Origin: an uncultured virus (IMG/VR IMGVR_UViG_3300037863_000082)
Taxonomy: Duplodnaviria > Heunggongvirae > Uroviricota > Caudoviricetes
DNA length: 20,000 bases
Direction: 5' to 3' (one strand)
Virus record (IMG/VR): IMGVR_UViG_3300037863_000082
Position numbers and translations under genes: made by a program. The notes under the pieces are model-generated. The model searched no databases, had not been told where the DNA came from, and saw nothing but the letters and a program-made list of their open reading frames with translations. This document shows, one piece after another, positions 1 to 8,769 of this stretch (position 1 is its first letter; each line of letters starts with the position of its first letter).

Positions 1-3000
1 AATGACTGCTGTGATCCAATGTTAATTGTATTTGCATCAACATCAACATTTGTAGAATTTTGCAAGAATGTTCTGGCAGTTCCAAGGTTTGTATCGCTAG
101 CCCCCTCTGTTGTTATTGACAATTGGTCTGTCACCTTATTTGGGTATCTTGTTTTAATAGTTGCAATTCCAGTATTGATATCAACAGTAAATGCTTCAAT
201 TTGTTTTGGCGCATTAAAGTTAATACCATAAGAAACCTGAATACCCTTACCGGACTGGTATCGGAAGTATCTGCGAGTTTGTCTAATGATCGAAGAGTCT
301 GGATTTAGTGATGGAGTCAGCTCAACACCGCCATCAAATGGCCTGTGAAGGGCAAACCCGTCTGCCTTTACAAACAAAGAGGTAACTAGGGCATACTGGA
401 ATCCGGACTGAGTTCCAATCGGGGTAATATCGTCTGAAGCAAATTCTGGGATTTCGTCTTCAAGAACAATTCCAGTAGCAGATCTAACGCCAAGAACCTT
501 TGACTCAAAAACTGCTCCGGCATACTTGCTAGTCACTACAGCATTTCCTGCAGTACTTACCAGCTCGACCTGTACGCCATCTTGTGTTCCGGCTGCTGCA
601 ATGGCTTCGTCATAACTAGGATAGAATCTAAAGGTGTTAGATTTTTCTGTTTGAACAAATTTGTGTGTGCCAGATCCAGTAGTAAGAATATCTACTCTAT
701 TAGAGTCGGACAGAGAGTCGGCCCTATTGTTATAAAGATAGAAGGCGCTTGTGCTAGTTGTTCTAATAAAATATTCTCGACCGGAGACCAGTGGTTCTGG
801 TGATACTGCCGATTCAAACCTGACGGCATCTCCTGTTGTAAGTCCATGAACGGCATTCGTAGTGACAATATCGTTTGTTGCAATATTTGTAGAGAAAAGC
901 TCTCTAATGTTGGAATTTCTTCCAATGTAGTAAAGTCTTCCGTCTATTAGTGTTGACATAATTTCTGAAGATGTGTAAGAAGCTGTCTGACCATCTGTGT
1001 AAGTGTGCGTTGGAGAATAGAACTGATCTTGCTGAGTAAAGATAGCGGTTCCAGAACCTGAGCTGGTTATGTTTACTATGTTTATATTATCAAAAGCATC
1101 TTGTTTTGTTTCATGCAAAGTAAAAGTTGTAGCATTGACCGGCGTTGTTTGATTTATTCTTACGTGATACCCCTGGCCAGAGGTTATATTTCCGGCAGGA
1201 GTGTCTGCTGTATAAACAACATAATCTCCTGTAAAGTAGTTGTGGGTAGGGGTTGTAATAATGTTTGTTGTGGTGTTAACGGTGCTAACGTTTTGAGTGA
1301 AACTGATTTCTCTATTAACAGCGCTGTTGGTCTGAGAAAGTGTTAAAACATCTTCATCCTGAGTAATAAAGATTTTAAAGAGATCACCGTTTTTAAACAG
1401 GTTAAAGAAGTTAGTATTGATACCGCTAAGAATGCTTGAGCCCAGCGTGGTAGTAACTGTTCCTGGGCCGAGCACCTCGGCACCTACGTTATATGTTAAG
1501 AAAGAATGATTTTCATCTGAGCCCAAAGATCCTTCATCGGCTAGCTGCGCGCCGATGTTGATGGAGTTCCCTAGGTTAGCGTTCTGTCTAGTGGATGCTA
1601 CAGTAAACCAGTCCTTGCTGATTCTTATAACATAGTAAACATTGTTATTGTCTAGACCTGATATTCTTTCTAGCGTAGAAAATGCGCTAAGGGTTGCTGT
1701 TCCATAGTCTTCTGTTTCGCCATACCCTATTATTACCTCTTCGTCAATAACATCTATATAGTGGGTTCCGCTACCTGCTGTAAGCAGGTCTATGGCATTT
1801 GCTTCGACCAAAGAGTCTTCATATGTTTCGTGAAGGTAGAACTGGTCTGCGTCAAAAACTCTAACATAATAAGTATCTCCGGAGGTAACTCCGGTTGGTG
1901 GATCTACAGAGTTAAATACTACAGCCTGGCCTGTAGAAAGATTATGATCTGCTGTGGTAGTAATAAGATCGAGCGTATCATTAATAAATGTAGACTCCAG
2001 TGTCTCAATTATGTTGCTCTCAATTCCCCAAACTTTTACTCTATCTGTGTCTGATGCTGCGTCTGAAGAGCTTGTGTGCAGAGAAAAAGTGTCGGAACTT
2101 ATAACGTTTACATAATAAGAAGCGTTATTCTGTAATCCTGGAATTTCTTGTGATGGGCTTTCTACAATATAAACAAGCTCTTGTTCGGTTATCAAGCCGT
2201 GGGATGGTATCGTAAATACGCCAGTAGACTCATTAACCCCGTCGGTGTTTTGTTCCAGAGATATCTCTGATGATTGATTATAAATAATTTCAGCACCATT
2301 ATATAGCTTGTGGTTTTCGTAACGAATTGCATTGAACCCTGAACTAAAATCATCATAGGGGTTAAATGTTATCGATCTGGGGCTAAGAACTGCGTTTGTT
2401 GGTGTTAGTGTAAATTCTGTGGACCCTGGGCCACCAACCTTAACATCTAAATCGTAAATACCGTCAACGGCGTTCTGGGCTACGTTGCTAAGCTCTTGAA
2501 TTCCTGTCGCAGTAGTTAAAAGATTTACAAACTCTTTTCTTCTAAGAGAAAGAGACGTTCCCTCAATAAATGAAAGGATTGGGGCTCTGAGGTCTGAATA
2601 AGAGTCTCCGGTTTGATTAAAAATACCGGCTTCGGCTTCTGATTTTGTGTAATATAGAGCAAATGTCTGTGGGCTTAGCGTTTTAATGTAGTAAACAGAT
2701 CCTGAAGAAAGGCCAGATATTGGGGAGGTCGAACTAATTAATACCGATTCTCCGGTAACGAAGTTATCTCTTGAGAATAGTCCTTCTCCGGAACCGTAAC
2801 CCGTAAAGTCAATCCTATTTATATCATTCAGGGCGTCGTCTGCTGTGTTGTGTAGTTGAAAGCTTGTGGTTCCAGTTATCCTGACATAGTAATCATTTTC
2901 GCTAGTCAAGCCGCTGATCGGCGTACCAAAGTTTGTTGTGGACTCTGGTAGAGCGTAGTAGGTTACCCTGTCCCCGGTAGAAAATCCATGGACGATACTT

Positions 3001-6000
3001 GTGGTGATTACGTCTGTAGTAAGGTTTACAAAAGATCCAGAGGCCTGGTTTGGGCAAGTTCTTGTTAGACCAGTCTCGTCGGATCTAAAGAAAGAGCCAA
3101 CAAGGTCTACAGCATTACCGGTTAGAGTAATTGTTTTTGTTTCTGAGTCTTCGTTTGTAGAAATCCTAAACCTATCATTTGTTGGAGAAGAAACGTAGTA
3201 TGTACTGTTGTTGGTAATCTGAGGCTCTGAGTTCGGTGCGCCAAACGGTCCAGAGTTGTATATTAGCGGAGTGTTCTCAATTAGTCCGTGTGAATTTACA
3301 AAAAATGTGTTGGAGCTTTGTGTTGCTGCTCTTCTGCTAAACCTGATGCTAGAATATAAGGCATCTCTTGTTGGTCGAATTCTTCGAATTCTTCCCGAAG
3401 AGCCGTTTTCTCTGAACCTAATGCTTGTAGGAGTTGGCTTTTCAATTACCAAACTTGTTCCAACACCAATACCCGATGGTAAGCCAACACCCTCAATAAA
3501 CCATCCAACTTCACCACTATAAATATCAACCCTGTCGGAGGTCACGTTGTTCATGGCCCCTTCGTAGGTTCTGTGGAATGCCAAAACTGTGTTGGATATG
3601 TGCCTAATATAGTGAAGTGAACCATGCTTAAATTGTGGATTTTCGTTACCAAATTGTGGTAGCCGAACAACTCGAACCTGCTGTCCCGTTTTAAATTGAT
3701 TATTGTAATCAGTGTTGAAATAGTTAGCACCGTAGTTATTAACACTTCCAATCTGACACCAAGCATTGACTGGGATAAATGTTGAAATTGCGCTACCGAC
3801 CCACTGAATGCTTAGGTTTGTAACTGTGTGGGAATTGTCTGGGGGTCTGCGCATGTCAAGCTCCATTACATTTCTGATCGCTTCGTCCCTTGTCCTATAA
3901 ATTCTAAAGATATCATCACTGCTGATATCTCTAAAGTAAAAGTTAACATCTTCTGGTAACTTTTCTACCTTTTTAACTGCGTGCCAGCCCGATGCGCCGG
4001 TCAAGTTTACTCTGTTTGTATCTGCAATGGCGTGAGCCCTACAAAAATAAAATGCCACAGTTGTATCGCTAATTTTATTTACAAAATACTGAAGTCTGCT
4101 AGAAAGTCCACTAATTGATCCGCTAAGGCTCCAGAAAGAAACGTTGTCTCCTGTCTCAAATCCGTGATTAAATTCAAAAGTAATTGTTTCGTCTGTTGTG
4201 TTTATTTGAGTAAGGTCTCCCTGAATGTCAAGACCGTAAAATCTAGTAAGTGTGGCGTTACCGATTGGGGTACCGGAAAGGTCTCTCTTGCTCACACCGT
4301 TTCTTGCGTCAGCCCTGCTTGAGTGCAATGTAAAGCTTGTCTCGTCAATTACATTTGGAAAGTACCAGTCTTGATTTGAAAGCCCAGTGATTGGTGTGTT
4401 TTCTTGAACTACATAATATAGCTGCTCTCCGGTGTGAAAACCGTGTGGTGTTGGGGTAGTAATAATGTCGGTCGCTGTATCTACAGTTGCAGAGCTTTGA
4501 GCAAATTCATAATAGTGGTTTGGTGCATAGAAAAGTCCAGTGGTTTCATCCAGGACACTTCTAAATTCTGCCCAACCACCCCTTGGGGTTAACGCAATAA
4601 GTCCCGTGGCACCTCCGATAATAGCGTTTTCCCTGGTGTCATAAAGTCTAAATACGCTAGTTGAATCAAATCTAAAGTATGCCTCCTGATCTTCTATGTT
4701 CCTTAGAACATCTGGTAGGTTTTCCTGATGAATTAATGTACAGTTACCCATTCCCCTTGAGGTTATCGTTACTGGGTTTGCTCCTGAGTTTGCATCTGCT
4801 TCTGTTGTGTGCAGGGTAAGAACGTTTATGGTGATTCTTCTTAAGAAATAATCGGTTTCTTCGTCTAAACCGGCTGGGAGCACAGTGATTGCTCCGGCCT
4901 TCTGTACTCGAACCCTGTCACCATTCCTAGTATCTACATAACCGTTCCATAAAGAAATCTGACCATTGTTAATGTTAACGTCTCTAGCGTTAAAGCTAAT
5001 AATGGAAGGAATCTGTTTCCAGGTAACCTTGTCTCCGTTTTTAAAGCCATATGTAAAGTAGTGCTCGTCTACACCACTAGTTGTAGACCACTGACTGTTT
5101 AAGACGTTTATAGACTGGCAGTTAACAATCATAGAAGCTGGTCTGGTCTGGTGTTTCATTTTTGTACCATTTGGAATGTAGTACAGAGTTTTTCCAGATC
5201 TTGGATAAATTAGTGGGCTATCAACATTAAGGTTGATAGCGGGGTAAAGATAAACATCTTCGTAGGTAGTTAAGTCTACCCTTGTTTGAGGAACAGGAAC
5301 GTCTGTTTCAAGAGAATTGTCAAAAGACTCTACAGTAAGAACGTCTCCACTGTTTAGATTAGAGAATGCATTTTGCCCGACGGTAAGATCGTTTATAGAA
5401 GACCTATTCTCAACCGTTGTTGCTGGTACAATCCAGGTTGTACCGGTTATAACGGTGCCTGAAAGAACGTGCTCCTGAGTTAAGGCAGCGTCTGTATATA
5501 GTTTAAAGAATCTGTTTTGTTTTTCAACAATAATTTCAAGGTCTATTGAGCCTGTGCTTGTAATATCTAGCCTGCTGTTGTTTGCAATGGCTCCGGCCCT
5601 TGTGGTATGCAAAGTAAAGGTGCTATCGTTAATAACACGAATATAGTAATAGGTACCTTCACCAATATTTCCCGGTGTGGTTTCTCCTTTTCTTCTCCAA
5701 AGTCTAACCTGGTCTCCAGTTTGCCAGTATCCAGAGCTTAGGCTAGAGTTAGAGACACCCTCCGTGTTTCCATTTAGTGGCATTGAGCCCAAAAGGTCAA
5801 AATCTGATCCTGGCGTAATGGTAATTCTGTCAGTTGAGACGTTTACACCCAAAGCCCCAAATCTTAAAATAGCATTTCCTGCAGATGTGGGTAGGTTAGT
5901 TACATTGCTTCCATCATAATTCTTTAAGTAGAACTTATACCATGTTGGAGTGTACGCATCATTAGAGGTATAGTTTTTAAAAGACATAGTTGTTGCTGCT

Positions 6001-7202
6001 GGTTGAATTCCAGTACTGGTAGAAAAAACGTAAACTTCTTGTGCTTCTGAAGAGTTTGTATCACGATACGGCTGCCTTAGCTGCATAACGCTGTCTGTGT
6101 ATAAAGCTTCTATTCTGTAGCACTTTGCTAATTGGTGATACCCAAAGTTTGTATCACCCATAGAAGAAATATCGTGAACAGATGGTGGTCTGTAATTTAC
6201 ATCAAATTCAGAAACTGTAAGCTGAATAGTGTTTTCGTCAAGTACGCCAACCCAATATGGAGTTCTATATCTTCCAACATTACCCATTGCACTATCTGTA
6301 TGGATGTTGCCCTCGTCAGCGGTCTGGCTGTCTGTTTCTACATCTACTGCTGGAATATACATAACCATGTCTCCGTTATTAAACGGATGATTTGGAACGT
6401 TTATTGTATTATAATATACGTCTACGTCATCAGACGTAAACTTTGCACTATAAGCACCGTCCCAGTCTTGATAAGTGTATGCTTCTTTTATTTGAGTATA
6501 AGAGTCTATTTCTGGAGTTGTTAAGTTTTCAAAGTCAGAGGGGTCTATTAGAGAGGCGTCAAACTTGTATGTCTTACCACCAACGCTGTTGCTCAATACA
6601 AACCTGGTTCCTTCAGAGAATCCGTGTGGATGTGGCGTTTTTACAGTAAGTCTTGATGGGTCTAGGCCATCGGTGGTGATCGAATCTAACACATCTAGCT
6701 TTGCCTGTGTCCCTTGGTAAAGTCTACCAATATACATCACTGTTTCTTCTTTTATAATATTGAAGAAGCTGCCCTCCGAAGCGCCTGGCCTGGTCTGTAC
6801 CTCTTTACAAACATAGGTAAATTCTTTATCATTAATTACGTTGTCTACAACAAATGCACCATTAGCACTAAAAGAATCTACACCCTGAACAATTAGTGGA
6901 GAACCAACAACAAGTCCGTGATCTGTGTTTGTTGTTACTACAAGTGTAGATGAACCAACAGTTGCGGTAACGATAGAAACATCAATAGGTGGGTCTCCTG
7001 GTCTTGCAAAAAATGTTGGAATATTGTTTACTCGTTCAAGTGTCTCCCACTTTGTCTCCTGAAGGCCATACTCAAAGTCTGTATCAATAAGGTTCTCTGG
7101 CTGAGAGACGCGAATCTTGCTAACTGGATCAACAAAGGTTGCAATAGGTGAAACTTCGTTTTTACCCTCTGCGGCGGAGTCCTTAAGATATCTAAGCGAC
7201 AT
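1..7202 (-). CDS. Giant virion structural/tail-associated repeat protein (>=2400 aa, 3' end outside window)
   Basis: ATG at 7202 gives MSLRYLKDSAAEGKNEVSPIATFVDPVSKIRVSQPENLIDTDFEYGLQETKWETLERVNNIP. The frame was spot-checked open near 4140-4200, near 3660-3720 and at the left edge, and the ORF track lists no stop-terminated ORF in it. Many degenerate HG[FL]xxG[DE]xV repeats (HGLVVGS, HGFSEGT, HGFHTGEQL, HGFETGDNV, HGFSTGDRVTY, HGLTTGDA). The DPVSKxRVSxPENLIDTDFEYGLQ motif is one I recognise from large phage structural proteins. Confidence 0.88.
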   Translation of the reverse strand, partial: MSLRYLKDSAAEGKNEVSPIATFVDPVSKIRVSQPENLIDTDFEYGLQETKWETLERVNNIPTFFARPGDPPIDVSIVTATVGSSTLVVTTNTDHGLVVGSPLIVQGVDSFSANGAFVVDNVINDKEFTYVCKEVQTRPGASEGSFFNIIKEETVMYIGRLYQGTQAKLDVLDSITTDGLDPSRLTVKTPHPHGFSEGTRFVLSNSVGGKTYKFDASLIDPSDFENLTTPEIDSYTQIKEAYTYQDWDGAYSAKFTSDDVDVYYNTINVPNHPFNNGDMVMYIPAVDVETDSQTADEGNIHTDSAMGNVGRYRTPYWVGVLDENTIQLTVSEFDVNYRPPSVHDISSMGDTNFGYHQLAKCYRIEALYTDSVMQLRQPYRDTNSSEAQEVYVFSTSTGIQPAATTMSFKNYTSNDAYTPTWYKFYLKNYDGSNVTNLPTSAGNAILRFGALGVNVSTDRITITPGSDFDLLGSMPLNGNTEGVSNSSLSSGYWQTGDQVRLWRRKGETTPGNIGEGTYYYIRVINDSTFTLHTTRAGAIANNSRLDITSTGSIDLEIIVEKQNRFFKLYTDAALTQEHVLSGTVITGTTWIVPATTVENRSSINDLTVGQNAFSNLNSGDVLTVESFDNSLETDVPVPQTRVDLTTYEDVYLYPAINLNVDSPLIYPRSGKTLYYIPNGTKMKHQTRPASMIVNCQSINVLNSQWSTTSGVDEHYFTYGFKNGDKVTWKQIPSIISFNARDVNINNGQISLWNGYVDTRNGDRVRVQKAGAITVLPAGLDEETDYFLRRITINVLTLHTTEADANSGANPVTITSRGMGNCTLIHQENLPDVLRNIEDQEAYFRFDSTSVFRLYDTRENAIIGGATGLIALTPRGGWAEFRSVLDETTGLFYAPNHYYEFAQSSATVDTATDIITTPTPHGFHTGEQLYYVVQENTPITGLSNQDWYFPNVIDETSFTLHSSRADARNGVSKRDLSGTPIGNATLTRFYGLDIQGDLTQINTTDETITFEFNHGFETGDNVSFWSLSGSISGLSSRLQYFVNKISDTTVAFYFCRAHAIADTNRVNLTGASGWHAVKKVEKLPEDVNFYFRDISSDDIFRIYRTRDEAIRNVMELDMRRPPDNSHTVTNLSIQWVGSAISTFIPVNAWCQIGSVNNYGANYFNTDYNNQFKTGQQVRVVRLPQFGNENPQFKHGSLHYIRHISNTVLAFHRTYEGAMNNVTSDRVDIYSGEVGWFIEGVGLPSGIGVGTSLVIEKPTPTSIRFRENGSSGRIRRIRPTRDALYSSIRFSRRAATQSSNTFFVNSHGLIENTPLIYNSGPFGAPNSEPQITNNSTYYVSSPTNDRFRISTNEDSETKTITLTGNAVDLVGSFFRSDETGLTRTCPNQASGSFVNLTTDVITTSIVHGFSTGDRVTYYALPESTTNFGTPISGLTSENDYYVRITGTTSFQLHNTADDALNDINRIDFTGYGSGEGLFSRDNFVTGESVLISSTSPISGLSSGSVYYIKTLSPQTFALYYTKSEAEAGIFNQTGDSYSDLRAPILSFIEGTSLSLRRKEFVNLLTTATGIQELSNVAQNAVDGIYDLDVKVGGPGSTEFTLTPTNAVLSPRSITFNPYDDFSSGFNAIRYENHKLYNGAEIIYNQSSEISLEQNTDGVNESTGVFTIPSHGLITEQELVYIVESPSQEIPGLQNNASYYVNVISSDTFSLHTSSSDAASDTDRVKVWGIESNIIETLESTFINDTLDLITTTADHNLSTGQAVVFNSVDPPTGVTSGDTYYVRVFDADQFYLHETYEDSLVEANAIDLLTAGSGTHYIDVIDEEVIIGYGETEDYGTATLSAFSTLERISGLDNNNVYYVIRISKDWFTVASTRQNANLGNSINIGAQLADEGSLGSDENHSFLTYNVGAEVLGPGTVTTTLGSSILSGINTNFFNLFKNGDLFKIFITQDEDVLTLSQTNSAVNREISFTQNVSTVNTTTNIITTPTHNYFTGDYVVYTADTPAGNITSGQGYHVRINQTTPVNATTFTLHETKQDAFDNINIVNITSSGSGTAIFTQQDQFYSPTHTYTDGQTASYTSSEIMSTLIDGRLYYIGRNSNIRELFSTNIATNDIVTTNAVHGLTTGDAVRFESAVSPEPLVSGREYFIRTTSTSAFYLYNNRADSLSDSNRVDILTTGSGTHKFVQTEKSNTFRFYPSYDEAIAAAGTQDGVQVELVSTAGNAVVTSKYAGAVFESKVLGVRSATGIVLEDEIPEFASDDITPIGTQSGFQYALVTSLFVKADGFALHRPFDGGVELTPSLNPDSSIIRQTRRYFRYQSGKGIQVSYGINFNAPKQIEAFTVDINTGIATIKTRYPNKVTDQLSITTEGASDTNLGTARTFLQNSTNVDVDANTINIGSQQS

Positions 7203-7524
7203 ACTCTACCCCACTGATAGTAACTGTAACTGCGTTACCTGGCTGAGTAATATAAAGACTAGAGGCTGCCGGCACAACAATCGAAGTGTCATAAGCTAGG
7301 GTGTTTCCAACTGTCAATTCTGCCTCGTTTAATATCTTGTTAGAGTTTGCCGCCTCCGCACCACCAACAAGAATATGTAAAGAAAATGTTGTTGTTGCGT
7401 TAGAGGTATTTGTTCCATTGATTGACTTGATTATAGCATAGCTCCCTGCCGCTTCGGGAGAGTCGTAAATTGAACCAATTGTGTCATTGCCTATATACAA
7501 TAACGAAGGCACTAAAGCTGCCAT
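7192..7524 (-). CDS. Small beta-rich virion protein, paralog of 14215-14517
   Basis: 110 aa with GGAGG RBS upstream. Shares the pattern [IL]YxxP...AxxxxI...Nxx...ISGVE with the 100-aa ORF at 14215-14517. Overlaps the start of the giant ORF by 11 nt. Confidence 0.8.
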   Translation of the reverse strand: MAALVPSLLYIGNDTIGSIYDSPEAAGSYAIIKSINGTNTSNATTTFSLHILVGGAEAANSNKILNEAELTVGNTLAYDTSIVVPAASSLYITQPGNAVTVTISGVEYVA

Positions 7525-7537
7525 TACTTGCTACCTC

Positions 7538-8218
7538 CTATGCGTATGTCCAAAACAAAACCTCCAGATCACTAGTACCATTTTTCCACTCAGTACCATC
7601 ATACACTAGTATATCATCTCGTTGGGGATCTGTTATGCTAACATCAGAAAGATCTCCTATTACTGATGGAACACCTGGTAGATCGCTAAGGTTTATCTGA
7701 CCAGCTTCCCAGTTTCCTGTTGATGAATTATACAGAATAGTGTCTGAGTTAGATGGTGTCTCTGCAGAAACGTCATCAATATCATTCAAGGACCTGACTG
7801 GGTCTGCCCAGCTTATATCATACTCGTCGCTAGAATTTTTTTGAGGAACCTGTCCCGTTGTACCGCCTGATAGGTTAAGATTTCCTATAGACATGTCTGT
7901 GTAGTTGTTTGCTTCTGACTGTGCTGAGGCAATATCGTCTGCAATGTCTGTAAAAAAGTTTGGATTGTTCTCTATTGCTGCGGCAAGCTCTTCCAGTGTG
8001 TCGAGAACTTCTGGTGCGGCACCAATAAGGTCTTGAATTAATTGCTGAACGCTTGAGGCATCTTCAAAATAACCTAAGTCATTCCATGGCGTAATTCCAT
8101 CGCCTATTTTAAACTTATTATTATCTAGCTCATATCCAATTTCTGCAGCAGCGAGAATGGGGTTGACAGAAGTCCACTGAGACTCAAGTCCGCGCCTCTG
8201 CTGCATTCTTTGTATCAT
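7538..8218 (-). CDS. Tail fibre-associated protein with Mtd_N/hyaluronidase-like N-terminal domain
   Basis: QRRGLESQWTSVNPILAAAEIGYELDNNKFKIGDGITPWNDLGY matches the Mtd N-terminal anchor pattern. Also APEVLDTLEELAAAIENNPNF fibre motif and two LxDxxDV...LxY..xW.. repeats. GGAG RBS. Confidence 0.85.
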   Translation of the reverse strand: MIQRMQQRRGLESQWTSVNPILAAAEIGYELDNNKFKIGDGITPWNDLGYFEDASSVQQLIQDLIGAAPEVLDTLEELAAAIENNPNFFTDIADDIASAQSEANNYTDMSIGNLNLSGGTTGQVPQKNSSDEYDISWADPVRSLNDIDDVSAETPSNSDTILYNSSTGNWEAGQINLSDLPGVPSVIGDLSDVSITDPQRDDILVYDGTEWKNGTSDLEVLFWTYA

Positions 8219-8243
8219 TTTTTCTCCATAATAGTTCTATTTA

Positions 8244-8252
8244 ATTATAACA
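8244..8252 (-). promoter_or_regulatory. Extended -10 promoter TGTTATAAT
   Basis: TG-n-TATAAT in the intergenic gap upstream of 7538-8218. The same TATAAT element recurs before other structural genes. Confidence 0.6.
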
Positions 8253-8273
8253 TTTTTATTAAAGTTGAGTTTG

Positions 8274-8762
8274 TTACTTTTTTACAACATCCCAACACTG
8301 GCCTTCTTCATTCCAAGAGTACCTTTTGTCATCTGGCAAGTCTTTCATCGGTGGATTTACTGGAGCAATCCAAGAATTATAGTTAGAATCAAATATCCAG
8401 GAAGGATAAGGCTTGGCTGGCAGCGGGGTAGTAATTTCAAAGCTGCCGGCAAAACTGTAGTTTATGTCCTCTATCCAGGCTTCAATCTTATATTTTGTGT
8501 TTGGCTCTAGCTGATCTACGACAGAAAATGCAAGAATGTCCTCATTGCTTTCTATGTACCTTACCCTTGATGGTGGGAAGTTTCCAAATTGAATAATATC
8601 ATTATTTGAATTAAAAAACTTAAACCCCAGTTTTACGTTAACAAATTTTACGCCAAGACCATTGTTGTCACGAACGCCGATTCCAATATCTACAGATGAT
8701 GGATCTGCCTCTCCATCTATAGTCCAATTCTTTTTATCAACGTGTGCAATAAGTTTAATCAT
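8274..8762 (-). CDS. Hypothetical tail-associated protein
   Basis: 162 aa. C-terminal PYPSWIFD...WIAPVNPP...YSWNEEGQCW resembles small partners of Gly-rich phage fibre proteins. ATG lies 6 nt after TATAAT (8769-8774), so probably leaderless. Confidence 0.8.
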   Translation of the reverse strand: MIKLIAHVDKKNWTIDGEADPSSVDIGIGVRDNNGLGVKFVNVKLGFKFFNSNNDIIQFGNFPPSRVRYIESNEDILAFSVVDQLEPNTKYKIEAWIEDINYSFAGSFEITTPLPAKPYPSWIFDSNYNSWIAPVNPPMKDLPDDKRYSWNEEGQCWDVVKK

Positions 8763-8769
8763 TTTACTA

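Noticed and set aside
19..7299. Short ORF-track entries on the plus strand, and minus-strand 692-925 and 3551-3766
   Set aside because: Antisense or out-of-frame shadows of the giant minus-strand gene, with no recognisable motifs.
7538..8218. Diversity-generating retroelement suggested by the Mtd_N-like domain
   Set aside because: Mtd_N is only an anchor domain. No reverse transcriptase, C-type lectin domain or adenine-specific TR/VR pair was seen. The 18810/19852 paralogs differ at various bases, not only adenines.
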